This document shows positions 1-11,800 of a DNA stretch of 64,000 nt, one piece after another (within the stretch, counting starts at the first letter, position 1; each line of letters starts with the position of its first letter). The DNA lies in NCBI GenBank assembly GCA_965644295.1, contig CBFFRP010000298.1, forward strand, positions 620,001 to 684,000, given 5' to 3'. A program made the position numbers and the translations under genes. The DNA comes from Paraphysomonas bandaiensis. Taxonomy: Eukaryota > Protista > Chrysophyceae. The notes under the pieces were generated by a model that was not told where the DNA came from, did no database searches, and saw nothing but the letters and a program-made list of their open reading frames with translations.

Positions 1-391
1 GTTCATGAATGCCAGATGGACAGGTATAATTATCTGGCCCTGGTGGAATGTTGAGAGGGTTCTCACTAACTAGCTTACGGGCAAGTTCTGCGGGGTTATT
101 TATCCCCTCCATATAGAGCTCCTCGATAACTTCATATATACTCTTGGATAACTGCGTCTTGAATTCTGCATCAGTCTTATCAACTGTTACAACAGAGGGT
201 ATATGCATTGACGCTCTTGGAAAATTGAAGAACTCTTCTGTTGCGATTGCCCCAATAGTGTCCGGAGGAGCATTTCTAAATAGCCATAGCGAGAATGCAC
301 TCATTAAGAGTAGAATGGCAATTACCTTACACAAAAGAGATGAAGTCTTATGTGGGCCAATGCGTCTTCTTCCACTTCGCATCACTGGCAT
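1..391 (-). CDS. Partial type II membrane protein (runs off the left edge); possibly a Golgi glycosyltransferase-like enzyme
   Basis: Manual translation from ATG at 391 is open to base 1: MPVMRSGRRRIGPHKTSSLLCKVIAILLLMSAFSLWLFRNAPPDTIG... (basic N-terminus plus one TM helix). It is missing from the ORF track because there is no stop codon in the window. Confidence 0.6.
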   Translation of the reverse strand, partial: MPVMRSGRRRIGPHKTSSLLCKVIAILLLMSAFSLWLFRNAPPDTIGAIATEEFFNFPRASMHIPSVVTVDKTDAEFKTQLSKSIYEVIEELYMEGINNPAELARKLVSENPLNIPPGPDNYTCPSGIHE

Positions 392-964
392 AGCTATAGA
401 ATCTTATACTAATATCTTATGCTCCTTATGGGGTACTATAGAACAGCTATCGTTACAATCAATACGGAGTGATACATTCTAATAATGGAATTATTCGCAA
501 TTGTCATTGAACATATTGACACTATTGTGCAGGAATTGGCATAGATAAGTATCGTGTATTGCCACTACTTTAAATTATGCATAGCATACTGCACAGCACA
601 ACACTGCTAGACAGTACAGCCTGGTGTGGAGGTGTATGATGCGTCGTACTGCTGTACGTAATACAACAGCAGGAGGTACACCTTTAGGAGGTACGTATTT
701 TTGTATGTTATTGTACAGTACAGTACTACAAGAAAGTTCTCTGTCCATATTGTACTGCTGTATATGTCGGGATGTATACATGTACGTATGGTAAATAGGT
801 ATATATTGTACTGCTGTAGTAGTGTATGGGTACAGAGATGTGTATGGTGTGGTCAACAGGCAGCAGTGGTTTATCTGCATCTTACTTAACGAACACATTC
901 CATCTCTACCACTCTGCCTCCACATGCCTCAAATAACTCTTTCATAACACACTTGCCCTCTCTC

Positions 965-2704
965 ATGATAACCTCACGTCTTCTATCCAATGCACGTGCA
1001 TTTCCATCACTATCACCAGCAGCAACAGCATACAGATACATATACAGGTCCATACACAGCTCGAGCTATATGAATAGCACACAATCTCATCCAAGTGCCA
1101 GATCTGGTCTTCCAACATCACAATTATTCACTGTACTTGGAATTGAAACATCATGTGGTTAGTTGTATGCAAGTGTTGCTGTTACTGGTGCTAACAGTCC
1201 ATAAGATGATACTGGAGTCGCAGTGGTGAGATCTGACGGTGCCATCCTCTCACATGTCGTATATTCACAGGTACGAAGTTTTATTTTACATTACTATACA
1301 GTAGTGTTATACTCGAAATGTAGAATAAAATTCATGGAAAATTTGGAGGTGTGGTTCCTGGTTTGGCAATGGAGGCTCATCAAGAAAATATGAAAGCCGC
1401 TGTGACTGAGGCCCTTTCCCGTGCTGGAATGCGAAGTGTTGCAGAAGTAGATGGGATATCTGTTACCAAAGGCCCTGGACTGGAAGTTTGCTTGAGAGTA
1501 GGGATAAGAGAAGCTCAGGTACAACTTGAGTTTATGTATTGTTGGTTAACCTATTGTGTAGGAATTGGCACGAACTCACTGCAAGCCGTTTGCTACTGTT
1601 CATCACTTGGAGGCTCACTGCCTAGTGGCCCGACTTGCTGGTGAACTGACTTCTTCCAAGTCATCTGAATGTGCTAGCCTCGACGGGGATGGTGACCTTG
1701 TAGCTACAGTGCCTCGAGTACAATACCCGTTCCTTGCACTTCTGGTGTCTGGAGGGCACACCTCACTTTTATTGTGTCGGGGTCTAGGTGATTTTACCAC
1801 AATTGGCCAAACCCTGGATGATGCTCTGGGGGAGTCTTTTGACAAGGCAGCTCGTATTCTCGGGATTAATGCAGGGTTCGTCAACGGAGGACCCGCTGTG
1901 GAGTCGGCTGCACGTGGTGGAGACCCATTGGCATATGAGGATGTTCTGAGTGTACCTATGCGTCGTCATCGAAATTGTGACTTCAGTTACTCCGGTGGAT
2001 ATAATTTTGTATGTGTATTTATGAATGTCTCAATTTTTTTTAGGACTGAAGACATCATTCCGCATGACAGTTTTGAAGGCCCGAGAAGCAGAGGGGTTGT
2101 CCGTCTCCGCGACGAATGCCCCCACCGCTAGTAGAGAGGAGGTCACAGGCATAGTAGTGAGTCTAGAGTGGCATTAGACACGCGTATATATTTAAGTTGT
2201 GTTACAGACACTTCCTGAGCAAGCAACGCGAAACCTTTGCGCATCTTTCCAGCACACTGCATTTAGTCACGTAGAGGATAGACTCTTTCGAGCGATGGCC
2301 TACGTCTTCGACGCAGGGCTACCCATAAGAACATTAGTTGTGGTTGGGGGAGTTGCAGCTAATACGGAACTTCGAAAGTAATAGTGTATAGTCTTATTAT
2401 GTGATCTCTCATAGGTATGTTTTCGATGTGCAGAAGACTAACTGCGGTAGTTGACAGAGCCAACGTCGAATTGGTACACCATGATACGGAATGTGAAGAA
2501 GAATGGCGCTTGTGTGTCCCACCACCCAATCTGTGTACTGACAATGGTGTGATGGCAGCCTGGGCGGGCATTGAAAAGTTTCAAAGCGGTGTTTCTGATG
2601 AAATAGAAGGGCAGGAACCCATAGCTAGGTGGCCGTTAGGCGAATCTCTATTATCGACACTAGATACTGATATAAACCCTTTTCGTAAGCGAACGAAAAA
2701 GTAG
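965..2704 (+). CDS. OSGEPL1: tRNA N6-adenosine threonylcarbamoyltransferase, organellar type (TsaD/Qri7/OSGEPL1), multi-exon
   Basis: Spliced motifs VLGIETSC|DDTG (intron 1158-1205), GGVVP, VTKGPGL, HHLEAH, LLVSGGHT, TLDDALGESFDK, DFSYSG|LKT, VVGGVAAN, CTDNGVM. The Ser/Arg-rich N-terminus resembles a transit peptide. Confidence 0.93.
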
Positions 2705-3334
2705 CAATGACGTTGGTTTGTATATATTCCAATAAATATATTAATGTCGTCTACTCTGTGGTTATTCTCAAGTATCTTGGTATTACACTCTTTCCGACAA
2801 TGATATATATACTTACAATATATAGAGCTAAAATAGTAAATGTTGTGTAAAAAGTAATATATATAGTAAATTAGACTATAGACTAAATCGAGGAAACATG
2901 GCACTAATTATGACTATGACCTCATTTCATGAGACTACTCTGCACTCTACTACTCTTGTTAGATAGAACAAGACTTTCACTCAATGCTGTGATTATAAAT
3001 CATAAACTTTAGTAAAATCATGATCAATATCACTTGTTATTCACTGTCAATCATCAAATTCATGTTGTCTCAACTACCAATCATTTTCATACAGCCTTAG
3101 ATATATCACGATCTTATACGGCCAATATATTTTAGTTTCACTACCATTATCCTAAAATCTCAAGAGTTCATGAATTACTATTCTTCATTTCTGTATTCTT
3201 CAAGTAACGTTCGTAATTTAAATACCTTAGAACTACAGCTTTAAACTGCTCTGCTCTCAAACAACAAAACTGTACTTTTACAAGGAAAGAAACGGAAGGG
3301 TGAGATTTAAATCATACCCTCACTCGTCGCTCGA

Positions 3335-3735
3335 TAGTAGTGAATGTCTTTTTATTAGCAATTTACATTTAAAACTCAGTGCGTAACTTTGATATCCTAC
3401 TATTTAACGCTACGAAAGCTGCTTGTGCGTCACCACAAGCACCAAGGTGCAATCACTTTTGCCCTATTATCACTCAAAGCAAACGCAGTGAGCAAGCAGC
3501 AAGCAGAATCTTGATATATACCTGATATCTGTTGACTTCAGGATTTTTGAGTCCTCAAGGTGAACAGCCCGGCTGCTTGACTTCAGCAGGCAGCCCAATA
3601 CCCCGGATGCCATTGAGATTTGAGATGGGCCCATTCCCGGATGCGTATTTTTTTGTCAAGATCCAAAGACGTCTGCACAAATGACAGCGCTTCTTAGTGT
3701 CCCTTGTACCTCGTACCAAACAAGCATTGAACTAT
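3335..3735 (+). repeat. Dispersed repeat family R1, copy A
   Basis: Starts TAGTAGTGAATGTCTT and contains CTACTATTTAACGCTACGAAAGCTGCTTGTGCGTCACCACAAGCACCAAGGTGC and GGGCCCATTCCCGGATG, shared with the other copies in the window. Confidence 0.85.
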
Positions 3736-4317
3736 AGTCGCTCGATATCATAAGAATCAGCACTCAGCACTCAATACCCTGTGGAGCTCTTAAGTCACCT
3801 TATGTTATCGCTTTTTTGCTAGATATGCTAATCGCACCACAGGGGGTCTAGTACAACCTGGTTGACTATCAGATCTCTGTAGCGCACACAAGTTGACAAA
3901 ATTTACTAAAATTTAAGCATAATAAGGTGTTTTTATCAACAACAGAGGAATAATACCCCGTGTGGTATTGTGACTATACATAAATTTATGGAAATAAACT
4001 TGTATTGAGTACAAGTGATAATTGTCTTTATATGCCAGAGCTTTCAGACTAGCATTTTCTGCTTTTTGTGTGGTACACATAATATATGTTCTATGTATAT
4101 ATGTCATCAAGAAGTAGTCAATATTCACCAAACGGACAAGTTAATATCATCATTATTTTCTACGAAATACAATAACTACAACAATACGAATAGGTGTACC
4201 CGTAAAACAGGCTATTATAATAAAGCTGATGACGGATCGGTGTACAAAACACTGGGTATCATGATAATATGGTGAAGTAATCTGCTATAATAGTACATTC
4301 CTCTATTCTCGGAAAAA

Positions 4318-6361
4318 CTACTCCAACAAAATTATATTTTCTCCAGTGCCACTGTTGTGCTGGATGCGAACACTTGAGGCAGCATTACGGAAGTAGTCTA
4401 AAATGAGTTCGGATTCAATAGACAGAATGCTAGGAAGTGATATTTGTAACTCCATTGTAGAATCGCCACGAACAGCTGGTGGTGCAGATTTCCCTACTGA
4501 CCCCCGCAATGCACCGTTAAACTTATTAATCGAATCACGAACAACGTGAGCTTTTATAACAGCCTGTAGCTCATATAAAACACAATATTACAATGGAATA
4601 TATATATGACCTTCTCTTCTCCGATTCTCATAATTTTTAGCAGTAAACTAATCTTCTCTGGTTTAAAGACTTTTATATCACCCCATCGGTGGCCACTTTT
4701 TTGCTTAGACAGCTCAGGTTTATTAGTTCGAGGATGAAACACTTCGACTGGCGCACTGACACCGCAGCACAGAAACACAGGGTCGAACTCTGCACAACGA
4801 TATCAGTTGAAATATAACCAAGCATAGAACACTCACTCTCCAAGATCTGCTTTGCATCTTCTGTTGTGACTTCTTCTCTGTCGATATCAGGTGGTTGAGA
4901 CTCTGTTTCTGACGCAAGACGAGAGGGGTCAGGCAGCAATACACAGTATTCGTTTCCGTTCTCCAAGCCAAGACTGATCTCACTGATTACATCAAACGCA
5001 ATGCTATCCTGCGCCTCAGGATCCGTGGGGAATGCGGATTCGCCCATATCTTCTTTATTTGCATCCATTCCGCCCCCAAAGAGCTCACCTACATCGATCT
5101 GTGCCTCAGCATGTACCCGTACATCGTCCACCCCATCTACAGTTATGTATAGCACTCGGTCCTCCACCAGAGAGCAAAATATACTCACATCGATTTCATA
5201 CGGCGTTGTTTTCTCAGCAGTAGGAGGGTGGTGGAAAAGAGCATTTGTAGAAGCAGACATATTAACCTCAGCGTGATCACCAGCAGAACTAGTACGAACT
5301 CTCTCCCTTGCAGAACTGGGGCGTTCTTGATGCTCCGCGTTCTCGTCAAGGAAGGTGACGATAATTTTGCGCTCCATGGAGGCCAGCAGGCGGGAAGGAA
5401 GCTCACCCTCCGCATCACTCACCCCTTTCTCGACCTCACTGTCAGTATGAGATCTCTGAGGTCCTGTCCCACCTGTCGCCTCACTCTCCGCTGGGTGTTT
5501 CGACTCAGAGACTCTCGACTGGCGCAAACCCTTCACTCGACTCACGTGACTAGTAGCAGACTTGCGGCTAGTTCCAGTGGATAAAAAAGTAGACTTTTCT
5601 CTATTCGCTCCTCTTTTTGGCTTTTCCTCCTTCGGCTTCTCTGCAAAGGGGTCTTTCCAGTCCTTCGGGCGAGTGTATGTGACCTGACGCATAAACTTTT
5701 GCCCCGCAAGCTGGACATACACGATTAAGCAGCAATGATACTCATATTAATAAGATTACCTGTCGCTTATAATCTTCTTCCCACTCCTTCACATGATAGT
5801 AAGCGCCAGTTTTACGAACACGTTCAAAGAATTGTTTATTTCTTTGCTCCCTCAGTTTTTTGTTGAAAGAGTCATCATTGTTAAGTGTTGTTATCAGCTT
5901 CTTCATGTTTTGGTAGTCTTTATCAGTTATTCTTGGTGGGGCAGTCAATATACTGCTTATTCGTTGGAGTAAAACTCTGCACACGAATTATGCTATTTCT
6001 ATACACGCTGTTGCACAACGTACTTGTTTTGCCTCTCAATAGCATTGTTGCGTTCCGTTTTCTTGCTCTTTTTACGTGGGTTATTGGCTATTCTTTTACT
6101 GGCAAGTGATTCTGGTACGGTATTATCAAGTGTCGGAGAGCTACCAGGCTAAAAAATAATGAGCTAACATAAGAGAACACATAATTCCTAGACCTCTCTA
6201 TGCATTATTTTCTTCAGTCGAGCTAAATGACAATTGCGTTTATTCGTCAACTGAAACATACCATTAACAGACTCATCAATGTCATTATAACAGAATCGCA
6301 CCGCTTTCTCACGAAGAAATTTATTGCTAACAAGATCGTAACCACAGCGTCCTCTGTCCAT
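4318..6361 (-). CDS. Multi-exon protein with an N-terminal CFAP97/Hemingway (KIAA1430)-like domain; 3' end uncertain (4673 or 4318)
   Basis: Exon peptides HLARLKKI, PTLDN..P, VLLQRISSI, LNN...KKLREQRNKQFFERV and YHVKEWEEDYKRQ follow the CFAP97 domain pattern. The large exon is 4673-5722. Confidence 0.6.
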
Positions 6362-7479
6362 TATAACCCTCACACTGTTTATACGACCAGTCCTCTTGTT
6401 CTATATATTCAATACAGTCACACTTTAACTCATGCACACTCCGCTATAGATTTTATCTATAGGTCGTAGCTACTCGTTGCATACTATCACCAAGATATCG
6501 TGTGTATTGTAAATGAGGAGTTAAGTGAGTGGGCATTGAGTGGGTATGTGTATACTATGGCATATGAATATGTGCACACACATACACTATTATATATGGA
6601 ATCATACGTACAGAGTGAGTAGTATAACGAGATCGTGAAACTGAAATGAATAAAAAAAACGAACTTCTAAACTGGTTTTCAGATAAGGTGTTTTTTTGTC
6701 AAATAAATACGGCTTTTATAGGATTTTGACACTTTCGAAAATATAAAGAGCGGTTATTGAGATTCTCCACACCTAAAACCTAAGAATTCAGGAGGTAACT
6801 GGGTGATATCGCAGCATAGCAGAGTGGAAGGGCTGGCTAGACAAGCAAGAATTCAGATTAAGACAATGGGATTGTTATAGTTCACGGAGAGAAAGCATTC
6901 TGTTACCTAAAGTAAATTACCCATGTGTATATTCCAATAAAATGCTGCGTACCATTTCGCTTTCCGTACAGACAGTAACTTTTGTGAAGGAATTTACTGC
7001 TCTTGTGTTTCAGGACGCATATGCAATATAAAACATACATATTTCCAGCAGACTTTGTAATTTATTATGCGATTTATTAATGTGTAATTTTACGCTTTTT
7101 TAGATTTGTAAAGCCACATACATATGTGAAACACCCTGTACATGTATTAAGGGTGTCATGTAAACACATAATAAATATAGACTTATTATGCCCAATGCTG
7201 GTGTATGTCGCGTTTTAGAGCTGTAGTGGAAGTAATGCAGTTATCGCAGTGCCTGTGATTATCGAATTTATATTCCAGATACAATCAAAGAACCACAAGT
7301 ATCAAGTGGGGAATTATGTTCATAGTTCATAGAGTACTTGAAAAACCTAGAGCGCATTGATATAGTGCTCATTCATCAATTTAGTGCTACAAAAAAGAGA
7401 ATACAATGGTTGTGTTTTAATTATAAACAGCCGTAATAATTCCAGAGTACATAAGGCTCCTATCTACGTTATATGTACT

Positions 7480-7570
7480 TAGGGTAGGGAACTGTATGTG
7501 CATTGTATTGGAATATATTGTAGAATATATTGATTGGTGGTAGACCAGAAAATATTCAATCAATATTGTT
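7480..7570 (+). mobile_element. Degenerate solo end of a hAT-family element
   Basis: TAGGGTAGGGAAC...AATATATTGTAGAATATATTGATTGGTGG...AATATTCAATCAATA resembles the reverse complement of the right end of the hAT at 56990-58943. Confidence 0.6.
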
Positions 7571-7744
7571 ACCATTGATCTGACACACAATGCATTGGAA
7601 TGAATATATTATAGTCTTCACTCATCATAAATCGTACCAGCATCAAGACAAATGTTAAGAAATGGGAACATTCATTACACATCATTAAAACTGTTTTCAC
7701 ACCTATTAGAACAAATTACAGAAACAGCACAATGCACTTAAAAA

Positions 7745-8464
7745 CTAGCCAGAATACTTTTCATCCAAAGATGTGGTGTCAAGTCCATAGTCTCCATCAT
7801 TTTCTAGTTCTGGATGTGCTAATCGAAGTGCATCGGGGTGCCATCTCCCGGAGTTTTTTATCTTTTTCATACTTTGTGTGGACGTGATTGAGTCACCATC
7901 CAGTCTACCGGTCATTGAGGAACATGTGCTCATTTCGGTAGTATCTAAAATGCATCGAATCAAAGATTCTTCGTTAAATACCTTCTTGTTAGGGCGCGGT
8001 TTACTCAACCGTTCAATCGAACTCTTCGGCTTTTTCCGCCTTGTTTCTTTGACAGATTTACCACCTGATGTATCCTTAAAAGATTTCATAAATTCAGACT
8101 CCTCTGAAAGTTGGTGCTCACAAACAGATCGTAAAGCTTCCTTGCGTTCCTCTAGCTCGCCCAGTTTCTCTTCCATGAACTCACTTCGCTCGTATCTCGA
8201 CCGAATGAGAGCCAACTCTGCTTTCATAACTCCGCGTGCTGTTTTTCTTCCAGCTTTGCGTGTGTTATTGATGTATTCATTCGTCAATGAACCGGTGGGG
8301 TAAACCACACGCTTTGGTTCAGGATCAAGTCTGGTTCTAATGCCAGTGTGCCGCATGCTGAGAGTGACATCCGGTCGTATCTCATTGGGATCATTGCAGC
8401 CATCAGCAATAGGAAGATGTGGTAAACTGCAAAATTTATCCAAATATACACGATGCCCAGACAT
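7745..8464 (-). CDS. Hypothetical protein (239 aa, basic, coiled-coil-like)
   Basis: ATG-initiated ORF with protein-like composition; no recognised domain. Confidence 0.6.
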   Translation of the reverse strand: MSGHRVYLDKFCSLPHLPIADGCNDPNEIRPDVTLSMRHTGIRTRLDPEPKRVVYPTGSLTNEYINNTRKAGRKTARGVMKAELALIRSRYERSEFMEEKLGELEERKEALRSVCEHQLSEESEFMKSFKDTSGGKSVKETRRKKPKSSIERLSKPRPNKKVFNEESLIRCILDTTEMSTCSSMTGRLDGDSITSTQSMKKIKNSGRWHPDALRLAHPELENDGDYGLDTTSLDEKYSG

Positions 8465-8840
8465 ATCGATCGACTCAATGACCTTTTACAATAATATCAC
8501 TCTTTCAATACTATCACTGGGGCATCTAAAACTCTTACGACATGCAAGTCCCTCAAACGAACAAGCAATATACACCAATAATTCCCAAAATCGATTTCTG
8601 TGGTCTCACAATACCTTTGGACCTACGAAATGGGAGTACTATATGCCTTCGTAGTGGACAAGGGACCCATCTGCTCTGCATATTAGCGTGGTGTGTGTAT
8701 GCATGTGTGTGTTATGCATACACCCCTCCTCTATGAAACCGCCTATACAAAGTATACTGTGTCGGTATTCTTGGTACTACATGAGTATTGTTCCCAATGC
8801 TGTATACAGCAGTACAGTACAGAATTTCCCTGTACAAGGA

Positions 8841-11800
8841 ATGGGAGATCCAGCCACACACCAAGACATATCCCGGGATTGTCCAGGCGAAGTTTTTTCA
8901 GAAGATCTGTGTGAGGAAGATCCACTTGTGTGCTGTGTATGTGTATGTGACAATACAAAGACATGTAGATGAGTGTATGTTTGGTAGGAACTCATAACTA
9001 AATCTAACTAGAGTCTTCATAAGGAAACACAAGAATCAGCTTGCATGTAATTATATTGTAAATATAATTTTGAAATGAATAATAGATTAAGATCTGAAGA
9101 TAGCAGACGAAGGAGTATTTCACCTACAGAAGAGAGTGGTGTGTTTGTATTGCTTTTAATGGGCTCTTCTGATGCTGTTGTGTTGTAGGAACTCCATCTG
9201 TGTGGAATGTAATGTACAATGCCGTATTCTCCAGTGAAGAGGCTACTGACATGGAAAGCGAGTATGGTTATACACTCTCAACACATTTGTCCAGTGTATT
9301 TGAGCGTCATAATTCCGAGGCAATCGCACATGTAATGGATACCCTTCGCAAAGTAGCGAATAATGTAAGAAATTCAACGTTCGAACGACGGCAAGGCATC
9401 AGTCACTTGCGTGCATGCATACGTGTGCTCAGTAGCTTTTTAGAAAAGCATGCTTCCCCGTATGATTTCCTGCTGTTCTTGAATGCTGTCTTTATTTTGA
9501 ACGGAACTGCAATGGATTTTTTAAAGAAATCGGACATGAGGGAATACTATACTTTCGTGGATAGTGTGTGTTCTCTAACGGATCAAGCTTTCGTAAATCC
9601 GTTTCGTGACCCGAATACACATGAGGAAGATGACCGTGAGTACAATGGTAGTGTGGATGTATACAACCTTGTTGTTGGTATGAAGGATTATATCCCCTTG
9701 AAAAAGCTCGTCCATGATATTTCACGTTTCATCTCAGACATGGTTGAGAGTAGTTATGGTAGAGCATCGTGCAGGGATATCATATGGCAATGTTTCCTAC
9801 TAATTCTGATGGTGAAAATGCATATCGGTCCTCGTTCACCATACAATACTAGTGACTTCGTCATTAGTAGCGTAGTATTCGTCACCAATAAGATGCTTCC
9901 TATTTTGAGAAAATGTATGAGTGATTCTCTTGCTACTGCAGAGAACATAGGAATCAGCTGGCTACACTGCTGTGGTGACCTTTTGGCGATTAGATGTCTT
10001 CTTCTACCGATTGAGGTTGTTTGCAGCGTTGCGGTTTATGTCAGCGATACTCCAGCTTCCCTGCTAATGTTGCCCAAAGTTGCAGTGTTCGGTGTCAGAG
10101 CAATGGAGGAAGTGAACAACCGTGGGAAAATTGAATTGATGCGAAATAGAGAGATGAATGTGCGGGATTGGGTTAAAAAGGTTGATACCCATCTAGCACA
10201 CTGGATATTCACAGTAATATCCCGCGCGCCACCTGAATACCAAGACAGTGTAGTGGAAAAATGGAAAATTGCGTTGTTGAAATGGACGAATGCCATGGAT
10301 TCTATGAGACGGAAGCCATACACTGGGAAGAATAGCCCTAAGACTTTGAAATTCTGGGAGTCTCTGTTGGAAAGGTTTGCAGTAATGGTTGAGGGAGATC
10401 GCGTGGGTACCGTAGTGGCAAGTGTACTGTGCTTGGCCGCCCCTGATTACTTTAAAGAATATATCCGCACTCAAGTCGCATCACTTGTTTCCAAGGAAAA
10501 AGTTAAGCTGAACTTTAACTTGCTCATGCAGTGTGGTATTACGCCATATGCTCTGACTAATCACAGGGTCGTGGAGCATCTCATCATCCGTGGTGTGAAC
10601 TCATTTTCACGGCAAGGCACATCTAGCAGTGACCTTGTTACCAAATATGCCCCAATGCTTGCCTTTCTAGATAGCACTGTCTACGAAATGAGAGAGCTTG
10701 CAGAGGAGGATCAGGCGAAGTGTGTACGCCATGTGTTGAAATATCTTGCGGTAACCATCGACGCAATGGCATCTGCACTGAGCCGACAATATCACTCAAG
10801 CCACCGTTTTTCCATAACTCCCCAGGATTATACACTTCTTTATCTACTCATTCCATTTAAGCTCGCGGAGTTTGGGACTGTAGTTGATGTTTTCATTGAT
10901 TCGGAAAAGGTGGACTTGGAGACAATTCGTCGAGCTCTTGCGTCGAGTGTGCACAAATTTGCAGCTGCATTGCTAGGAGAACTCCACCTTGATGGCGGGC
11001 GCCGTGCCCGACTGAGAGAGGAAGAGATGATGTGGCTTGCTGTTACAGATGGGGCTAAAGTGAAACGAAATCACCTGTACGGTGAAATGTCTGATATTCT
11101 GAGTTCTGCATGCATGGAATATATTTTGTCGAGCCATCGACAGCGAGCCCTCATGTGTAATTTGCGCACCATCGACACTCTTGGATTTGTCATAGGAAAG
11201 GCTACGCGCTATTTACCAGTAAACTGTGATCAATGTTCAAGTGAAGAAGTTGTTTATATTCCACTCTTTTCCATAATGATGGCGTCCTATATGCTGTCGA
11301 ATTTGCACGACGCGCTTACCGACAATGTTTTTGATTGGCCAGATAATACTCAAAATCTATTTTTCTTTTGTGACCACATTGTAGGAGGCGCTTGTGATGC
11401 ATGGAATGTGGGCCCCTTGGATGAGAACAACGTTATATCTCAATTTTATCAAACTTATTTTCCAACCAATAGAAAAATCGACAATTTACTGGTGGATGTT
11501 AAATCTATTACATGTGATATCATAATTCGACTGAATGAACCTGTCAACAATCATAGTCTCTCGCTTGCGCAATTGCGAAAGCTGGACTCACACCTTGACG
11601 AAACGACAGCGTCGTGGGCTTATTGTAAGCTGGAAATGGTATTTGATCCACAGCTCTGCAATTTGCATGAAAAAATACTACTTCTCGAGAGTTTTTGCTC
11701 TCGGTTAAATCAATTGTACAGTGTGTTAAGTTGGCTTTCATCACTTGGTCTCTCAAAGAATATGAATCTGGTTCAAATTCCGACCGCTGATGATCTGGAA

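Noticed and set aside
144-925. ORFs 144-482(+), 575-925(-) and 701-889(+)
   Set aside because: Antisense to the more plausible minus-strand gene, or low-complexity promoter sequence.
3396-3460. Hammerhead or HDV ribozyme, or tRNA head, in the R1 core (CGAAA plus hairpins)
   Set aside because: No CUGANGA core, HDV pseudoknot or clear Pol III A/B boxes could be assembled by eye.
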